Assembly: GCA_015680685.1 (NCBI GenBank)
Contig: MNCI01000691.1
Location: 245,148-309,147, forward strand
Origin: Gnetum montanum
Taxonomy: Eukaryota; Plantae; Gnetophyta
DNA length: 64,000 nucleotides
Direction of reading: 5' to 3'
Of the stretch, positions 1-14,140 are shown piece by piece; within the stretch, counting starts at the first letter, position 1, and the number at the start of each line of letters is the position of its first letter. The position numbers and the translations under genes are program-made. The notes under the pieces are model-generated. The model saw only the letters and a list, made by a program, of their open reading frames with translations. It had not been told where the DNA came from and did no database searches.

Positions 1-3000
1 TACAAGCTAGCCACTTGTTTTTCTAACTCTGAATATAGTCATCTAGTAGTTAGCATTGCCAAGTTTGCATAATAGAGATTGGCCAACTCCATGTATTCTA
101 TCATCTCTTCTATCTACAACTCCTTTAGTCGAATCTTTGCTTTGTACTAAGAAGCCATATGAATTGTTAGCATGGGTGGCTATCTCCCCCATGATTGAGT
201 TGAAAATAGAAGATTCAAAAAATGGAATGTGGTTGTCCATCTACCGAGGTGGTAGTTGCACTGGTTGTCTTGGTTCAAGGAAAGGTTTTACTTGTTGGAT
301 GTTGACCAATTACTTTTTATTTGGGCTTTTAGGCTTGTAGATTAACATGGCCCTAGAGGGAAAGGTTTGATCAATTATATAAGTTCCCTCCCACAATTTT
401 TGAAATTTTTCCCTTTGGGGTCCATGTGTGGGGTTCCAATAGAGAACCTTATCTCCTCGTTGAAGTTTTACTTTCCTTATTCTGAGATCATGACATTGCT
501 TGTTGAATACCTTGTGCACCTTATTCAAAGATAGGGCCACAAATCAGTTTTCATCTAGCACATTCAAGTTGATCAATCTTTCTTTCTATGCTAGACTTAG
601 GTCATGATTCAAATCATAGGTTGTTAAGAGTGTACGAAGCTCAGATTGAATCAGGAGTGTTGGAAGTTTTCTGTACACTAACTCATAGAGAGAGTAGCCA
701 ATAGAAAGTTTCTATGTTAAATGGTAAGCCTAAAGGACGTCGTTAAGTTTTGTACTTCAATCTTTCCTATATTTGCTAATGGTCCATGTTAATATTTTTG
801 TGATCTCTCAATTGGTTACCTCTGCTTCACCATTGGCATGGGGGCAGTAGGTTGTTGTTAATTTATGTTCAACGCTCAAGTGTTGCATTAACTTTCTAAA
901 ACTGCCACCTATGAAATGATTTCCAATGTTAGAAATAAGTGAACATGGCACCCCAAACCTATTTACAATATTTTATTATATAAATATACCAATAATGGAT
1001 GATGTACAATCAATAATAGTTGTTGCTTCTGCCCATTTTGTGTAGTAGTCAATTACTATGATAATATATGCCTTTCCATTGGACATGGGTGTGATGGGAC
1101 CCATGAAGTCAATGCCCCATATGTGAAAAGATTCCAATGGTTGAATCCACTATTGAGAATCTTCCATGATAGTGGTCATCCCCCCATCTTGTTGACAACG
1201 TTCACAAGATTGGAAAAATTGGTGGGCATCTCTAAAGATTATAGGCCAATAGTATTCTACCATCAATATTTTTATAGCTATGCATCTCCTTGCATAGTGG
1301 CCTCCACAAGCCCCTTCATGAGCATTCTAGAGAATGCACAGTTGATCTTCATCAAGGAAACACCAACAAATCAGGCCATCGATGCACACCTTGTAAAGAT
1401 GTCCATTGATTTCAAAGAAATATTTGGACCAATGGAGAAATTTTTGCCTCTTTCTAAAGTCAAGATATTGTGGCATCTTCTAACTAAGAAGATAAGTGAG
1501 GATGCCATTATACCAAGTTATTTTTATGGGTGTTTGGTCATTTAATGCTCCTATAAAGAGGGGTTCATCTAGAAATTGATCAAAGAGCAAGCTCTCCTCC
1601 TCTTTCTTATCCCATCTTAAGCGAGAGAGGTAGTGAGTGATCACATTTTTAATCTCTTTTTAATCTATCATCATGAGATTAAATTCCTGTAAGATCACGA
1701 GCCACTGTATCATACGAGGGCTCACCGTTGGCTTGTTCATGAAGAAGTGGATTGCACTATGATCCGTGTGCATAAATACTTTATAGCCAAGCAAATAGTA
1801 TTTAAACTTTTCAAGAGTGTACACCACGACCATTAGTTCCTTTTCCGTGGTGGTGTAATTAAATTTTCCTTCCACAATGCTTCAACTTGCGTAATGGATG
1901 TAGTATGGACATTTCTTATCATCCATCTACATGAGCAATGCTCAAAAAGCATAGTTAGATGCATTTGTTATGATGCGAAAGGGTCTGGACTAGTCTAGTG
2001 CTCATAGGATTGGTGTTTCTATGAGTTTCTCTTTTAACTGTTGGAATGCATGTTCACATTCCTTAGTCCAAATGAAAGGTGCAACTTTTTTGGTAAGCTC
2101 TACCAACAGTTTTTCGATCTTAGAGAAATTCTCTATGAATCACCGGTAGTAGCCAATGTGTCCAAGGAATGGCCAAACATCTTTAACTATCTCTGGCTAA
2201 CATGTTATTCCTTGGATGACCCTTATCTTTTCTAGATCTACCTCAATCCTTGCTTAAGTGATTGTATGCCCCAATACAATACCTTCTTGGACCATGAGAT
2301 GGCTCTTTTGCGAGTTGAGCTACAGATTTGTTTCAACACATCTCTTTAGTACTTGCTCAAGGTAGTCCAAGGCTTGCTCAAATGTAGCTCCATAGGTGGA
2401 AAATTCATCCATGAAGACTTCAACACCATTATTGATTTCTATTTGGAAAATACTAAGGACCAAGTGTTGAAATGTTGCAAGGGCATTACATAGATCAAAT
2501 GGCATCTTACAATATGCAAAAGTCCCCAAGGAACTCATGAATGTTGTCTTTTCCCAATCTTCTGGTGCAATTTGGATTTGGTTATAGCCACTATAACCAT
2601 CGAAGAAGCTATAATAACAATGCTCAAATATGATGTCCAACACTTGATCCACAAATGGCAATGGAAAATTATCTTTAAATGTTGCCATATTCAAAAACCT
2701 AAAGTCGATGCAAACCCACCATTTTTCAACTTTCTTCGATACAATTACGAGTAGGCTAACCCACTCACTATTCATGACGGAATAAATGAATCTTGCTTTG
2801 AGGAGTTGTTCAATTTCCTCCTTGACAATCTACCTCAATTTGGGATTCAGCTACCTCTACAGCTACCTTCTAGGCTTCATGGCTGGGTCAGTGTAAATGT
2901 AATGGTCGCATATCCTTGGATCAATTCCTGTTAGCTTAGGATATGATGAAGCAAAGGCTGTTGGCCATTTGTTAACCACCTTTAATAACTTTTCTTTTTG

Positions 3001-6000
3001 TTTAAGAGCAAATTTGACATTAATTATGACCAATTTACCATTGTTTAAAAATGCATATTCCATGCTAGCTAGTAAATTTTTTAGCTCTAGGGGCTCCTGC
3101 TTAAAGTTATCATGGATTTTCAACTCTCTTTAACAGGTATCATCATCTTCATCAGAGAGTTGGGGATGAACTTGCTCAATTTTATCCATGCTTTTAGCAT
3201 AAGCACATGTTAGGCTCTTAATTGATTTCATGCATAATGTGCTACTATCTAAGTCATCTATTAACCATTGGGTGCCCTCCTGTTTTATGGCTGCTATGTA
3301 TAGATACCTTGGAATATTGATTTCTTATGCACATTGATTGCATTCTTTAATGTATGTACTTTTGATGAACCAAATCGTTTGGACGCAATTGATCCTATTA
3401 TCTCTATACGCAATGCATAGAATACGCTTCTTCGCTATTTTGCCAAATTCATTTTCTTTGGATATTTCTAGAGAGAGGTCCCTTATGCCCATACATGCAT
3501 CGACCATGCTTAACCAAGCTCTTCCCATAATGATGGGGAAGTCACTTTTGTAGTTTTCAACCTTGATCACCAAAAAATTAGCAGGATAGGATCACCCACA
3601 AACTATGGTCACAATGTCCTCTACTAATCCTAGAGGAATAGTAATTGACTGATTTGCCAATTCTAGATGGATGTTTCTCTTCTTGAGAGGTGGTAGGTTT
3701 CAAGCTTTGTACATGTCATGGGAGATGAGATTAACTCCAAAACCAAAGTTAAAAAGAGCCTTACAGGGCTCATGTCTAGTGATCTGCAGGTAAATGAGTG
3801 GACTTCCTAGGTCAGATGTTTTGGTGGGAAGATTGCCAGCCTTGATCTAGTAGAAAACATCATGAGTTAGCATCATAGTGCAAATTTGAGGTAACATTTG
3901 ATTTGAATGACACTCAAAGGTAGTTGATGCATAGGATGAGGTTATTAGATATGTAGGATGATCAGCCATACTAGGTTATGAGGGTTGAAGAGGACTACTG
4001 GGTTAGAAGAAGGATCTTTTTCTAGATTGATTGTTTGAATCGCTAGGCTGGAAAGGTGATTGTGAATGTATAGCCCTCATAGCATTTCATTGTTCTGGCT
4101 GTGGAGGAATCTCACCTTGCATGGATGGAGTAGGAGGTAGCTAGGTTGAAGGTGGAGGTGTGTGTGTAGACAAATCTAGAGGATGATATGGATATGAGTT
4201 TTTCCCTTAAGTAGATGGTGAATGTGTTTAGCAGTACTATGGAGGGTAATAGTGATGCTAAAATGAGGTATGACTTGCAAAACTTCTTGGAGAGACAGGT
4301 TGCTAAACATAGGACCCGTATGAATCTAGTTGCCTATAAGGGTACTAATGCCTTGGTGGTGGCATTCCCCACAATTGTGGTTGGTACCATTATTGGTATT
4401 ATTCATAAGGTTTTAAGGAGCTCCACTTAGGTAGTAAGCTTGTTATTGTTGGTGGAACTGCCTTGGATTGCCTTGAGGATAAGGCAATCGTCTAGGTGCT
4501 TGCCTATGTGCTAATCAAGGATTTAATGCATACACCCTAGACTCTTGTAAGTGTGATACCATAGGGCAAAAACGTTTTGGATGTTCGTATTGACAAATAT
4601 CATAATCAATTTCATCATTAGAGTTGGTTTCCACAACTTGCTCTATGGCCATAGCTTTACCCTTACCTCTTTGGTAGGCACGTTCAGCTTATTTTCACCT
4701 CTTGTTGTATGATAACTATTTTGCTCTTTGGATTCTTTAATAATCTTCATAGTAGCTTGGAATTTTTCATCCAAAGAGTTCCATAATTTATTAACCTTTG
4801 CCAAAATATCATAAAAAAATTTTTGGATGGACAGGGTTTTCCTATTCACTACTTCATCGAGTGGTGACTCCTCTTCGTTACAAAATTGGACCTCCCATTT
4901 TCTGATGGAAGGATCCCTATTATACTCTTCTACCCTTTCTCTTTTTCACAACTCACCTTCTTCTATTACTACTTGCTCAATCAGCCTTTGGATCCGATGA
5001 GCTCAAAATTTAGACAATCTTCCTTGGCCATATACCCCAAGAGTTCTTCTAGTTTTTGCTCTGAGCCCATCTATGATGTGGCGAAGTTGTTTCCTCTAAG
5101 AATAACCATGGCTAGGGCATTGGTGTAAGAGTGAATAGTACCTACCCATGGTGGCATCCAAAGGTTTATGTGTTCCCTATTTCCAGCCTTGGATTTGCCT
5201 TCTCAAATTAAACACTTTACAATATGTCTAATATTTGTCATTAAATAGCTCTAACATGGTACTCCATTGGCAAATGGATTTTAGTTTCAAGGATCGGTAC
5301 CAGCTTTCAACTTCCTTGATGAGTGTCCTAAGGAAGAGCTTGAGTTTTTTCATTCATTTTCTATGTTCTATAAGGCACAGGCATCATGGAAAGCTTGTAG
5401 ATGTGTCTATGGATCAGAGTTGTATCCTCCCTCAAATCTTGAGATATTATTCATGTATAAGCACTTGATCCAGCTATCTCTCATATGCCTAGTTGGAATC
5501 TTTATTACCTCTTCAATGTTGAGCATGCTTCAAGTCACCATCAAAGGTTCATCATCATTACTGCATTGATGATGCTGATGATGATTTCAATCATCCCTTC
5601 AGTCTTGGTGGCCTTCACAGTCACTGTTGTCTCATTAATCACCTTCATCATGATTATTTCAACAATGGCTTCTATGAGAACTAGTAGATGAAGAGTGACG
5701 TTTGATATTGGATGAAGAGGAGGGTGGACCGCCATCACCATTATGATGTCCACCACCATGATTCTGCTCATTATGACCACCATCCTTAGATCCTTTGTTA
5801 TTGTGATGTTTTCCCAAGTCCCTACCTTAACTATCACTTTTCTCCAAACTTGTTTTATGAATAGTTAACGACAACTTTAGGATCACATCCTCATTACCAA
5901 CAATAGGGGGTGCAGAATCTTCATGTTGAGAACCTTCAAAGGGAGGATCCTCATTGTCATCTTGATCTAGTAGGTACAAGGGATTAGTGAAATGTTTCCC

Positions 6001-6466
6001 CTTCGTAACCTCACGGTGCTTCTCCCTATGTCGATCTCGCTTACATTGGGTTTCAGTGAAATAGTAGTCAAGAGTGTCATAACCATTCACAATGTATTTC
6101 TCGTGAAGATCTGAGATGTTCAACTTTTTAAGGATTTCAAACAACATCCTAGGCACAGATTGATCAGGGGGTAAGACAATGTTGTCCTTCATATCACACC
6201 ATCGTAGCTGTTCATCCTGATGTAGAATGAAGGTGAAGTCTAGTACATACTCATTTGGATGAGTATGTACCACTTTGCACTCTTGTGGGACTGGTGGTTT
6301 GACTTCTTCACATTTGTAGGAAGAAAAAGACATTTTGCAAAATGAATAAAATTATCAATGTGCTTAGTAGTTTATATGTCGTTGACAGTGATGTTGACAT
6401 TGAGTTCATCCTACAATATAAATAATATTCACTAATCCTAGATAGCGCACGTTTCAACAAACAAAG

Positions 6467-6484
6467 TCCTTGGCAATGACACCA
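6467..6484 (-). promoter_or_regulatory. Primer-binding site (tRNA-Asp type)
   Basis: TGGTGTCATTGCCAAGGA versus Athila consensus TGGCGCCGTTGCCGGGGA; all differences are C>T or G>A transitions. Confidence 0.85.
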
Positions 6485-6485
6485 A

Positions 6486-7395
6486 TGATGACTGGCAAGG
6501 TACCCCTATGCTCAACCATACGAATCACAAAGCGTTCACGCACAATCCAATCAAATTCCGTGGACTTTATAGTTTCCGATGCAATAATCTTCTAGGAAGT
6601 GAACCTTGCCTTAAGGTCGTTCGTTGTCTTCCCAATTACACTTGTGACATACACTGGTATGGTTAAGTGTAACTGAGGCATCTGATTTTTATCATTTTGT
6701 ATTTTATGATTTTGGTATTTAAAGAGAGATAAAAGTAATTGGATTAACTAATTTAATTTAACTAATTAACTAATATCTAAGTAGTCCTAACATAAGCATC
6801 TAATCCCACTTTCCGCACACATCCTAAACCCATGTGCCTACTGTTAGGTTACCAAGCACTATGCTACTGGGTGTACCAAGCAATAACACTATTGGGATTA
6901 CCAAGCGAATACGTGTTATGCACAAAGCTATCGTATTTATGTGTTTAATCTATCTGGCTTATCTTGCTTAATTACTTCATTAGCTTAATTACTAAAAAAT
7001 GTTTAATAAATAATTTAAAACATTAAATGCATAAATAAAATATTTAATCTATCCAGAATGCTATAAGGTTTATCAAAAAGCTCATCTTTATTACCACACA
7101 CATTGTCATGCTTAGGTACAACAATGCTCGAATAAAGATCCATACACACAATAACTCCAGCTGCAGGCACTTAGGAGAAATATTCTAACTCTCAAATGAA
7201 AAAATTACAAGAGCTTCACTACAATTAAAATTTCATTGTCATAAATGTGGCTGGTAGGCATGTATTTATAAGCAAAAAAAGAACACTACGTCGACGAGGC
7301 CTTATCGATGCATGACACAATGCGTCAAGGAGGCCTCATCTATGAGACCCAGTTGATGAGGCCTCATCAATGTAGCTAATAAATCTGACTCATTA
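6486..7395 (-). repeat. 5' LTR of element A1
   Basis: Minus strand ends ...GGGGTACCTTGCCAGTCATCA like the LTRs at 34634 and 52841. Begins TAATGAGT (decayed TGATGAGT) at 7395. TATAAATA near 7263-7270. 5' boundary less certain. Confidence 0.75.
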
Positions 7396-9678
7396 GAAGT
7401 AGACATGGAGCTTTGGAGGCTACTTGGGAGGTGGAGATTAAGATGCAGGCAGCTCATCCTAAGATCTTTTGGGAGGAAGATTTTCAAAGAGAGGAGAATG
7501 TTACATCCCTTGCAAACACATTAGATATGGTCATACTATTATGATTTATACATTATGTGTGTTGTCTTGATGGGTTATTGGGGACACCTTAGTTTATTAT
7601 AATTGCACTTTATATGTAATGATTATATTATCTTTACATGCTTAACTAACATGATTATGTACACTAGCCTTATGTGATGTGTTAGACAAGTGATGTTGCT
7701 AGTAGGGATGTTGGATTGGGGTACAAGAGCCATTATTCGATATGTCTTTATGGTTTTGTGATTTTAGTATTTATGCATTTGAATTGTAGCGCTATGTTGT
7801 GTGATGCTTGGATGTGATTTCGGCATGTGAAGCTGTAGAGTGTTTGATAAGGATCTTGTAGGTTCAAATGGATTTTAATTTGGAGTCCCGATGTGATTGT
7901 TATGCATGTTTAAAATGCAAGGTATTAGTTGGGGGAGGGATAAAGAGATAAACTTATAAAAAAATTAGTGAAAAAAAAACAAAGTAAAAAATAAAAATAA
8001 ATTCTGCACATGAGGTGCGATGTGTGAAGGGAATATCTCACTTAAAAAAAAAACAAAAGATATGTTTAAGCATAGTTTTTATTGTTGGTTTTTTTTTACC
8101 CACTGCCTACCCATAGAAAATGGGTTTTGGATTCGTATTTTCTATCTGATAAAATAGAAACGAACATGAGCTTGTTTTTTTCCTTCAATTTTCTCTTTTG
8201 TCTTCATCTTTTCCATGCTTTTTCTAAATTTTGAGCTTCGTGGTTGGATTTCTCTCTACTCTGAACCTGGATTTGGAATTTCTATAATCGTATCTATGTG
8301 GTTGCGAAACTTGTTGGGAGTGAAATGGAATTCTGCTAGATTTTTAAGGATTTCATGCTTCTTTCAGATTTTCTACTGCAACAATTTTAATTAGTCGATT
8401 GTCTTTACCTTTTTCCTATATATTTATCCTGGATTAGTGTATATGATCAGACAATGTGAGCATGTGGGGTGGATAGTTAAAAGATTAAGCTTGGGCATGT
8501 CGTTTTGCATATTTCTTGAAATTTTACAATTTTGGTTGCGAATTGTTTATTAATAAATACACGATGTATGGTATGATGTGGACTTGTGGAATATAATATG
8601 TTGATGAGACTGGCATGGTTGGAATATTATATTTTAAGAGCCTATTGTGGTGCAAGAGATTTGGAAAATTTTAATCATCATTGGCTGTAATTAATTACTA
8701 TTTTATTAATCAAACTTTGAATGCACATAAATTTACTTCCAAAAGTTCAATTTAGATGAAATTAGTGTCGTCCAAATCATCTTGGGAAGTATTTTCTAAT
8801 CTTAAAATTGATTTTCTCTTTGGGCATATATCATTTTAGAGGTTATTATAATGGTCATTTTTACGGAATTCCATGTAGTTCAAGAAGTATGGTTGTCGCG
8901 CAAAATTTTGTTTTGTCGAATTGTAGTATTGTTTTCCTGGAATGAATGTGATCGTTAGGTGTGGATATATTGGTCATGTTATATTTATCTTGGATGTGTT
9001 CTGCTTGTGCCATGTGTTGGCTTAAGCTAGCCTGGACTTGTAGAGGTCTTGGCAATGATACTTATAACAATCATTGTTGGATGGTGCTAGCATTAGGATG
9101 TGGACTAGTTGGTGATGAGGTATCATGGAGATAGTTGTGGATAGACCCCCACAGTGACACATCAGTGAGGCTCTTGTCTCAGGCTTCATCCTAAAAGTGG
9201 AAAAGCGTAGGTGTGTTCATCCCTACGGCTAGTACGTGGCATAGGTATGTTCGTCCCTATAGTCAGTCCTCTAGAAGGCTAGTGGTTGTGGGTCATCGGT
9301 TGACAGACCCTAGCATCGGTTGGATAAATAAAAGACCTACAGGCAATGGTTGGTTAGAGTACTCATGGCAATGTTTCACATGCTACACTAAGTGTGGATA
9401 TGCTAGCGACCACAGGTTACAAGCATTGAATTGCTTTACTTAACTTGACTTTTCTTACTCATAGACTTCCTTGCAAAGTTAAGGGTAACAGGTTGAATCC
9501 ATCCATCCATCCACGGTAGCATCCTCCAGTCAACCAGATGACCAATTACTATGTATTTGATATCATATCAGAAAGTGAGTACAAAGCTGCTTTAAGATTT
9601 TGTATTGATTGTTTGTTGACAATGGAGCACTTTTAGAGTGGTGGTTAATTAAGAAATTTCCAGGATTCCTTCGTGACA
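7396..9678 (+). mobile_element. Tekay/Del chromovirus 3' end: chromodomain tail, PPT and ~2.2-kb 3' LTR
   Basis: 7396-7470 translates SRHGALEATWEVEIKMQAAHPKIF (EATWE..E..M...P.LF chromodomain tail). Purine tract AAGAGAGGAGAA precedes TGTTACATCCC at 7499. Probable LTR end ...CGTGACA at 9678. Confidence 0.7.
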
Positions 9679-11639
9679 TGGTCTTTAATTGGAACTTGCA
9701 ACTGTACAATTCATTGTATAAGAAATGAATGGTGAGAGGAAGCTATCATTCATGGCAGTAGTTGAAGGAGTTCAAATACATTAAAAATGATAGAATGGGC
9801 TATTCTACTCAAGTGTCTTTCAAACCAGAAAGAAAGAGACAGCATAGATGATATCTTCTATAATAAATCAATATAGCTGTTTTTCACAAGTTTTTTCCAA
9901 ACTAAAAATAGATAGACAGTAGAGACGATATGTTCCACAATAAATCAGTAGGGCTTGACCCTCTCAAAAGTCACATGGACTACATGATAACTACTGGTCA
10001 AGCTTCCTCTCTATCAATAAGACCATGCATTGAGCTACTTAAAAATTACCTTTATCTCTTATGATTTTTCAAAGGATAAGTATTGGTTGTTGTCATTTTG
10101 GTTTTTTTGTTTCATGGGTGAGCACCAACTACTTGTTCTACAATGGAAAAGCTTCTCTACTTGATGGAAAGAAAAATTGAGAGAACATGAAACTAAAACA
10201 TTTAAAATCGAATTATTGTTCAACAATCAGGAGAAAAGGCTAAACCCATCTAAGAAGGATAGAAACTAACTATAGACTTTAATTACTATGTAGCATGCAT
10301 TCTCACCCTTGTTAATTTACCAAATATGTTACATAATTATTTTTTTCCACCTTTACGAATTAACCCGATTCTTCTATTTCTTCAATAAGTTCTCATAATT
10401 ATTAATGTTGTATATTTCATACAAACTTCGTCTTAAAGTCTATCTGCAAGTTACCATGTATTTAATAAATCAAGTGCATTATTGCTTTTGCATTAATAAA
10501 TAATAAATGGATTTCTACACTTTATAATTTCTTAGACATAATAAAAATTTCAAATTTCTAGTTTCCAATTTTCACTTACTATTCAAGTCTCTTGTTGTCA
10601 TCGGGACCATGTTCATTATTAATAAATTAAAGTGTTATAATAAAGTCTCTTCATTTGCATTTCTATTAAAAATACGATAGTTGCACTGCATCCATGTTAA
10701 CATACGAACCCAAGGACCATGTCTTAGAAAGTATTCAAATTACATGACCCAAGTTGGAATATGCTTCTAAGTTGGTATATAGGGAGCTAGTGCTAGGCTT
10801 TGAATCCAATACTAAGGGATGCAAATCATGTTAATACAACCAACTGAGGTGTATATTTAACAATATTCTTTGGTACATTGTAATCGCCAAGATGATAGTG
10901 AATATGCATTTTATGATCATTATTAACATTGTATGATAACCATTTACCTTGATCCCACCCAATCAATATGACCATCATTAAGGTTGGCCTCATGCAATCA
11001 AAGGATCAATGCTTATTCTGTCAAGGTGAGGTCTTAGGAGAGTCAATGGATAAGTAAAAGCCTAACCGCTTTTGAGCTTAAGATGGAAACTAGGATATAC
11101 AGCTTAGAAATAAGCACTTAACCATGATTCCAAATGTTGGTCCTTGTCTAATAATATAAAACTACATAGGTAAAATAGAAGGGTACATTAAAAATGAGAA
11201 GAAAATTCTAAAGCAATCTAAAATTGAAATAGATCTAAAAATTGGGCTATTACTCATAATAGAAATGAAAACATTCTAATTACATACAAATGATTACTTT
11301 TTTCATAAATGGGAGTACCTAAACTAATCATATAAGAATGCTAAGAGTTTGTAAAAATCATAAACAAAACCAAAGATATCTAAACCTTTTGTCAATTTTA
11401 TTGAATTTATGTAGTTTCATGGCATCTCAATGTCCATTGACAACCTTCATAATAGTTTGAAATTATTCATAAACCTTAAACAAGAATATTTTACATAATG
11501 CTCTCTCTACCACATTGATACACTTTAGCTACTTTTGATGCATAATATGTTAAGTAGCAACATTGTGTTGGTAAAAATAGATACTTTAGAACATTTGCAT
11601 TCATGTTTATGAGCTTGGCATTTTAACATGCTAAATTTG

Positions 11640-12480
11640 GTTCCAACTAAATGTAAGGCACCAGGAATTTGGGCTAAGAATGTTCGAGAATAAATCTTTC
11701 ATGTAGTCAATTATCCTGGTGTGTTATATGGATACAAAGTTTGGAGACTAAGCGTTAATGCTAAAAATTGAAAGGTCATCCAAAGAGTACATAAAATATT
11801 TGTATCTAATGAATTAAAGGTGAAAGTAGAAACACCCTATTCCTTTCTTCTAATTAAGTGTAATCTACTTCGTTTAGAAGTAGAAGCTAGTAATGAATTT
11901 ATTGCTTATACTCAAAAACTGGAATATATCACATTTTCTAACTTGGTTCTCTAAGAAACAAAAAAAATAGGGATGGTATTTCCAATGAATATAATGATTG
12001 AAGACTTGAGATATCTTATTGGAGGAGATACGAAGTAATCCAAAGCATATTTGAAAGTTGGTTCAACAACAAGTTCTAACAAAGTTATGGTTAAATATAA
12101 AAGGCAAGTACAAATTTTATTTGGAATACATAAGAGGTAACTACATAAATTTAGTCCTATAAGCTTCATTTGAGTTCAAATCATCTTAGGATAGAAAGTA
12201 TAAGATGGATGCAACTTCCTAAAGGAAAATGCACATGTAGGCTATATAGGTCAAGAGATCTTGAGGATGAGCATCACATTTTTCTTAGTTCCCATCCTCA
12301 GACTTACATTTGATACAAAAATATAGTATTTCAGCAAAATGTCTGTATGATCTTTTCTTGTTGCATCCCGTATTATTGGCCACTTTGTTGAATTAATATT
12401 TAACTTTCATGATACAAATGTAATGTTTGTCCAATAGATCCTTTGTGTCTTCAGACATAATAAAACCTTAATTTTAATTT
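11640..12480 (+). mobile_element. 5'-truncated RTE-X-like LINE, decayed ORF2 C-terminus
   Basis: Translates IFHVVNYPGVLYGYKVW..KVIQRVHKIF...LKVKVETPYSFLL (LYGCEVWG-type motif) and HLSSNHLRIESIRW...CTCRL...LEDEHHIF (RLSSH.L.IE.GRW / EDE.H motif). Ends AATAAAA plus short TTAATT repeats near 12458-12480. Confidence 0.7.
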
Positions 12481-13234
12481 ACTTTCATAAATCAATAAGA
12501 AGCAATTCAATGAATAAAAAAGATCAGGTATTCCATGGATATCAATGAATCCTCCATCACATCTAGGTAATTTCAGAGTTTTTCAAAGTTTTAGAAGAGA
12601 TTGAAAATGGGCCTTTAAATTTAATATAGCAACACCCATGCATTAAACAAATAAGTAGTACTCACCTTGGTAAGACTTTATCAAAGATTTATTTAGTTTT
12701 TGTAGACCTTGTCTATGACCAAGAGAGGATTGAAATAACATTCCTCCAAAAATGACATTTTCTGACAGTATCATTTCATGCTCATATCATATTGCAAAGG
12801 TACAATTTGGGAACCCTCTATCACTTGCACATGAAAATTGAGCAAGGAAAATTGATTCTAGTTTTAACAATATTTGATCAAAACATCCTATTTCTAATCC
12901 TTATACATTTCGTTTCAGGAAATCTTCAAATCGATAATATGTTATTCTATTGGTATGCCTTAAATATGAACTACTATTATTAGTAATCTTATCATGATTT
13001 TTAATTATAGTAGAATTGTATTTATGATTATGACAATATTTTCTTATTCTTTGATAACTATTGTGGTAAGTTATCAACCATGTAACAAGTTGCAAGTTTT
13101 GCTTATCATTAAGATATGTGATTTCTTCTATAACCATATTATATGGAACAACATCAATTTCCACTATCTATTAACTTCATTTACCCTTTATGTTACATTT
13201 AGTTTTATCCTTGTTCCCAAATGTTTAACCTTAT

Positions 13235-14140
13235 TGATAAAATCATTTTTTTACCAAGTGCAATATCATAACTACAATATTGTATCAATGATATCGTAGC
13301 CCATACTCCATCATTGTTGATACAATATCTCAAGAGCTATGCAATCCTATAAGTATTGATACTTAGACACACATGCAATAACAATTTTTTGTCAATCCTT
13401 ACCCAAATTCTTGCAGTTTCATTTTGTAGTTTTAGTGATAGTATGAATGCTCGCAATGTGGTGTTAAGCAATTGAACAAAGTCTTTATTCAAGTGAATTA
13501 ACTTCGGCATCAACAATAAAGATCAAGACTGTTTTACATCATTGCAGCATTTCCTTGGTTCTTTTGTTTGATTGTTTGCTTAGCATAGTTTTTATATTTT
13601 CTTAGCTTAATCATTTACATTCCAAAGTATTTTACTTTTTATGCTCATTAGTTAACCAAAATGGATAGAATTGGTTTTAAGTGTTAAGTGTAATTGTTTG
13701 GTAACCCAGTAATAGACTCACTTGATTTGCTCAATAGTGACTTTTCTTGGTAATCCTAGTAACAATTACATGAGTCTAATACATGATTGGCAAACTAGGA
13801 CTAGATGGTCATCACTCGAGGCTCCAGTAGATTTCCATTTCAATGTTACTTGGACTATAGACTTTAATTCCATTTTCAATCATGTTTATCATTAAGAGTA
13901 ATGAAAACCTTACAACATCACTTATCATATGTCTCACTGTGAGTTAAACCGTACCTTCAAATTTCACTAACTCAAGGTGACTTGATATAAAATCCTAGCA
14001 TAATTACATTGTCGATCCACAGACTACGATTTGGTCATGCATGAACACTTATGACTTGTATAGTAAAGTGTTGGGATATGCCACCACTCATGACCTATAA
14101 AATCACTTCTTAATCACATGCTATGCTTTAAGTAACCTCT
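13235..14140 (+). repeat. Degenerate Athila-like solo LTR
   Basis: GATATC-type motifs and a TATA-like box near the start; TTGGTAACCCAGTA / TTGGTAATCCTAGTA blocks shared with the other LTRs and with 49360-50366. Ends approximate. Confidence 0.5.

Larger units (their letters stand above)
1..7395 (-). mobile_element. Athila-type Ty3/Gypsy LTR retrotransposon (element A1), decayed gag-pol, 3' part runs off the window
   Basis: Minus-strand domain order: gag (~4500-6333), protease (~3400-3850; IIMGRAWL), RT (2320-2775; WVCIDFRFLN, FPLPFVDQVL, DGYSGYNQI, VFMDEFS), RNase H (1660-1875; NYTTTEKEL..VV, TDHSAI), integrase (~330-1560). LTR 6486-7395 and PBS 6467-6484. Many stops and frameshifts. Confidence 0.93.

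Noticed and set aside
1123-1545. 140-aa plus-strand ORF and similar ORFs opposite TE domains (e.g. 27451-27825, 32830-33210)
   Set aside because: Antisense shadows of integrase, RT or RNase H coding sequence.
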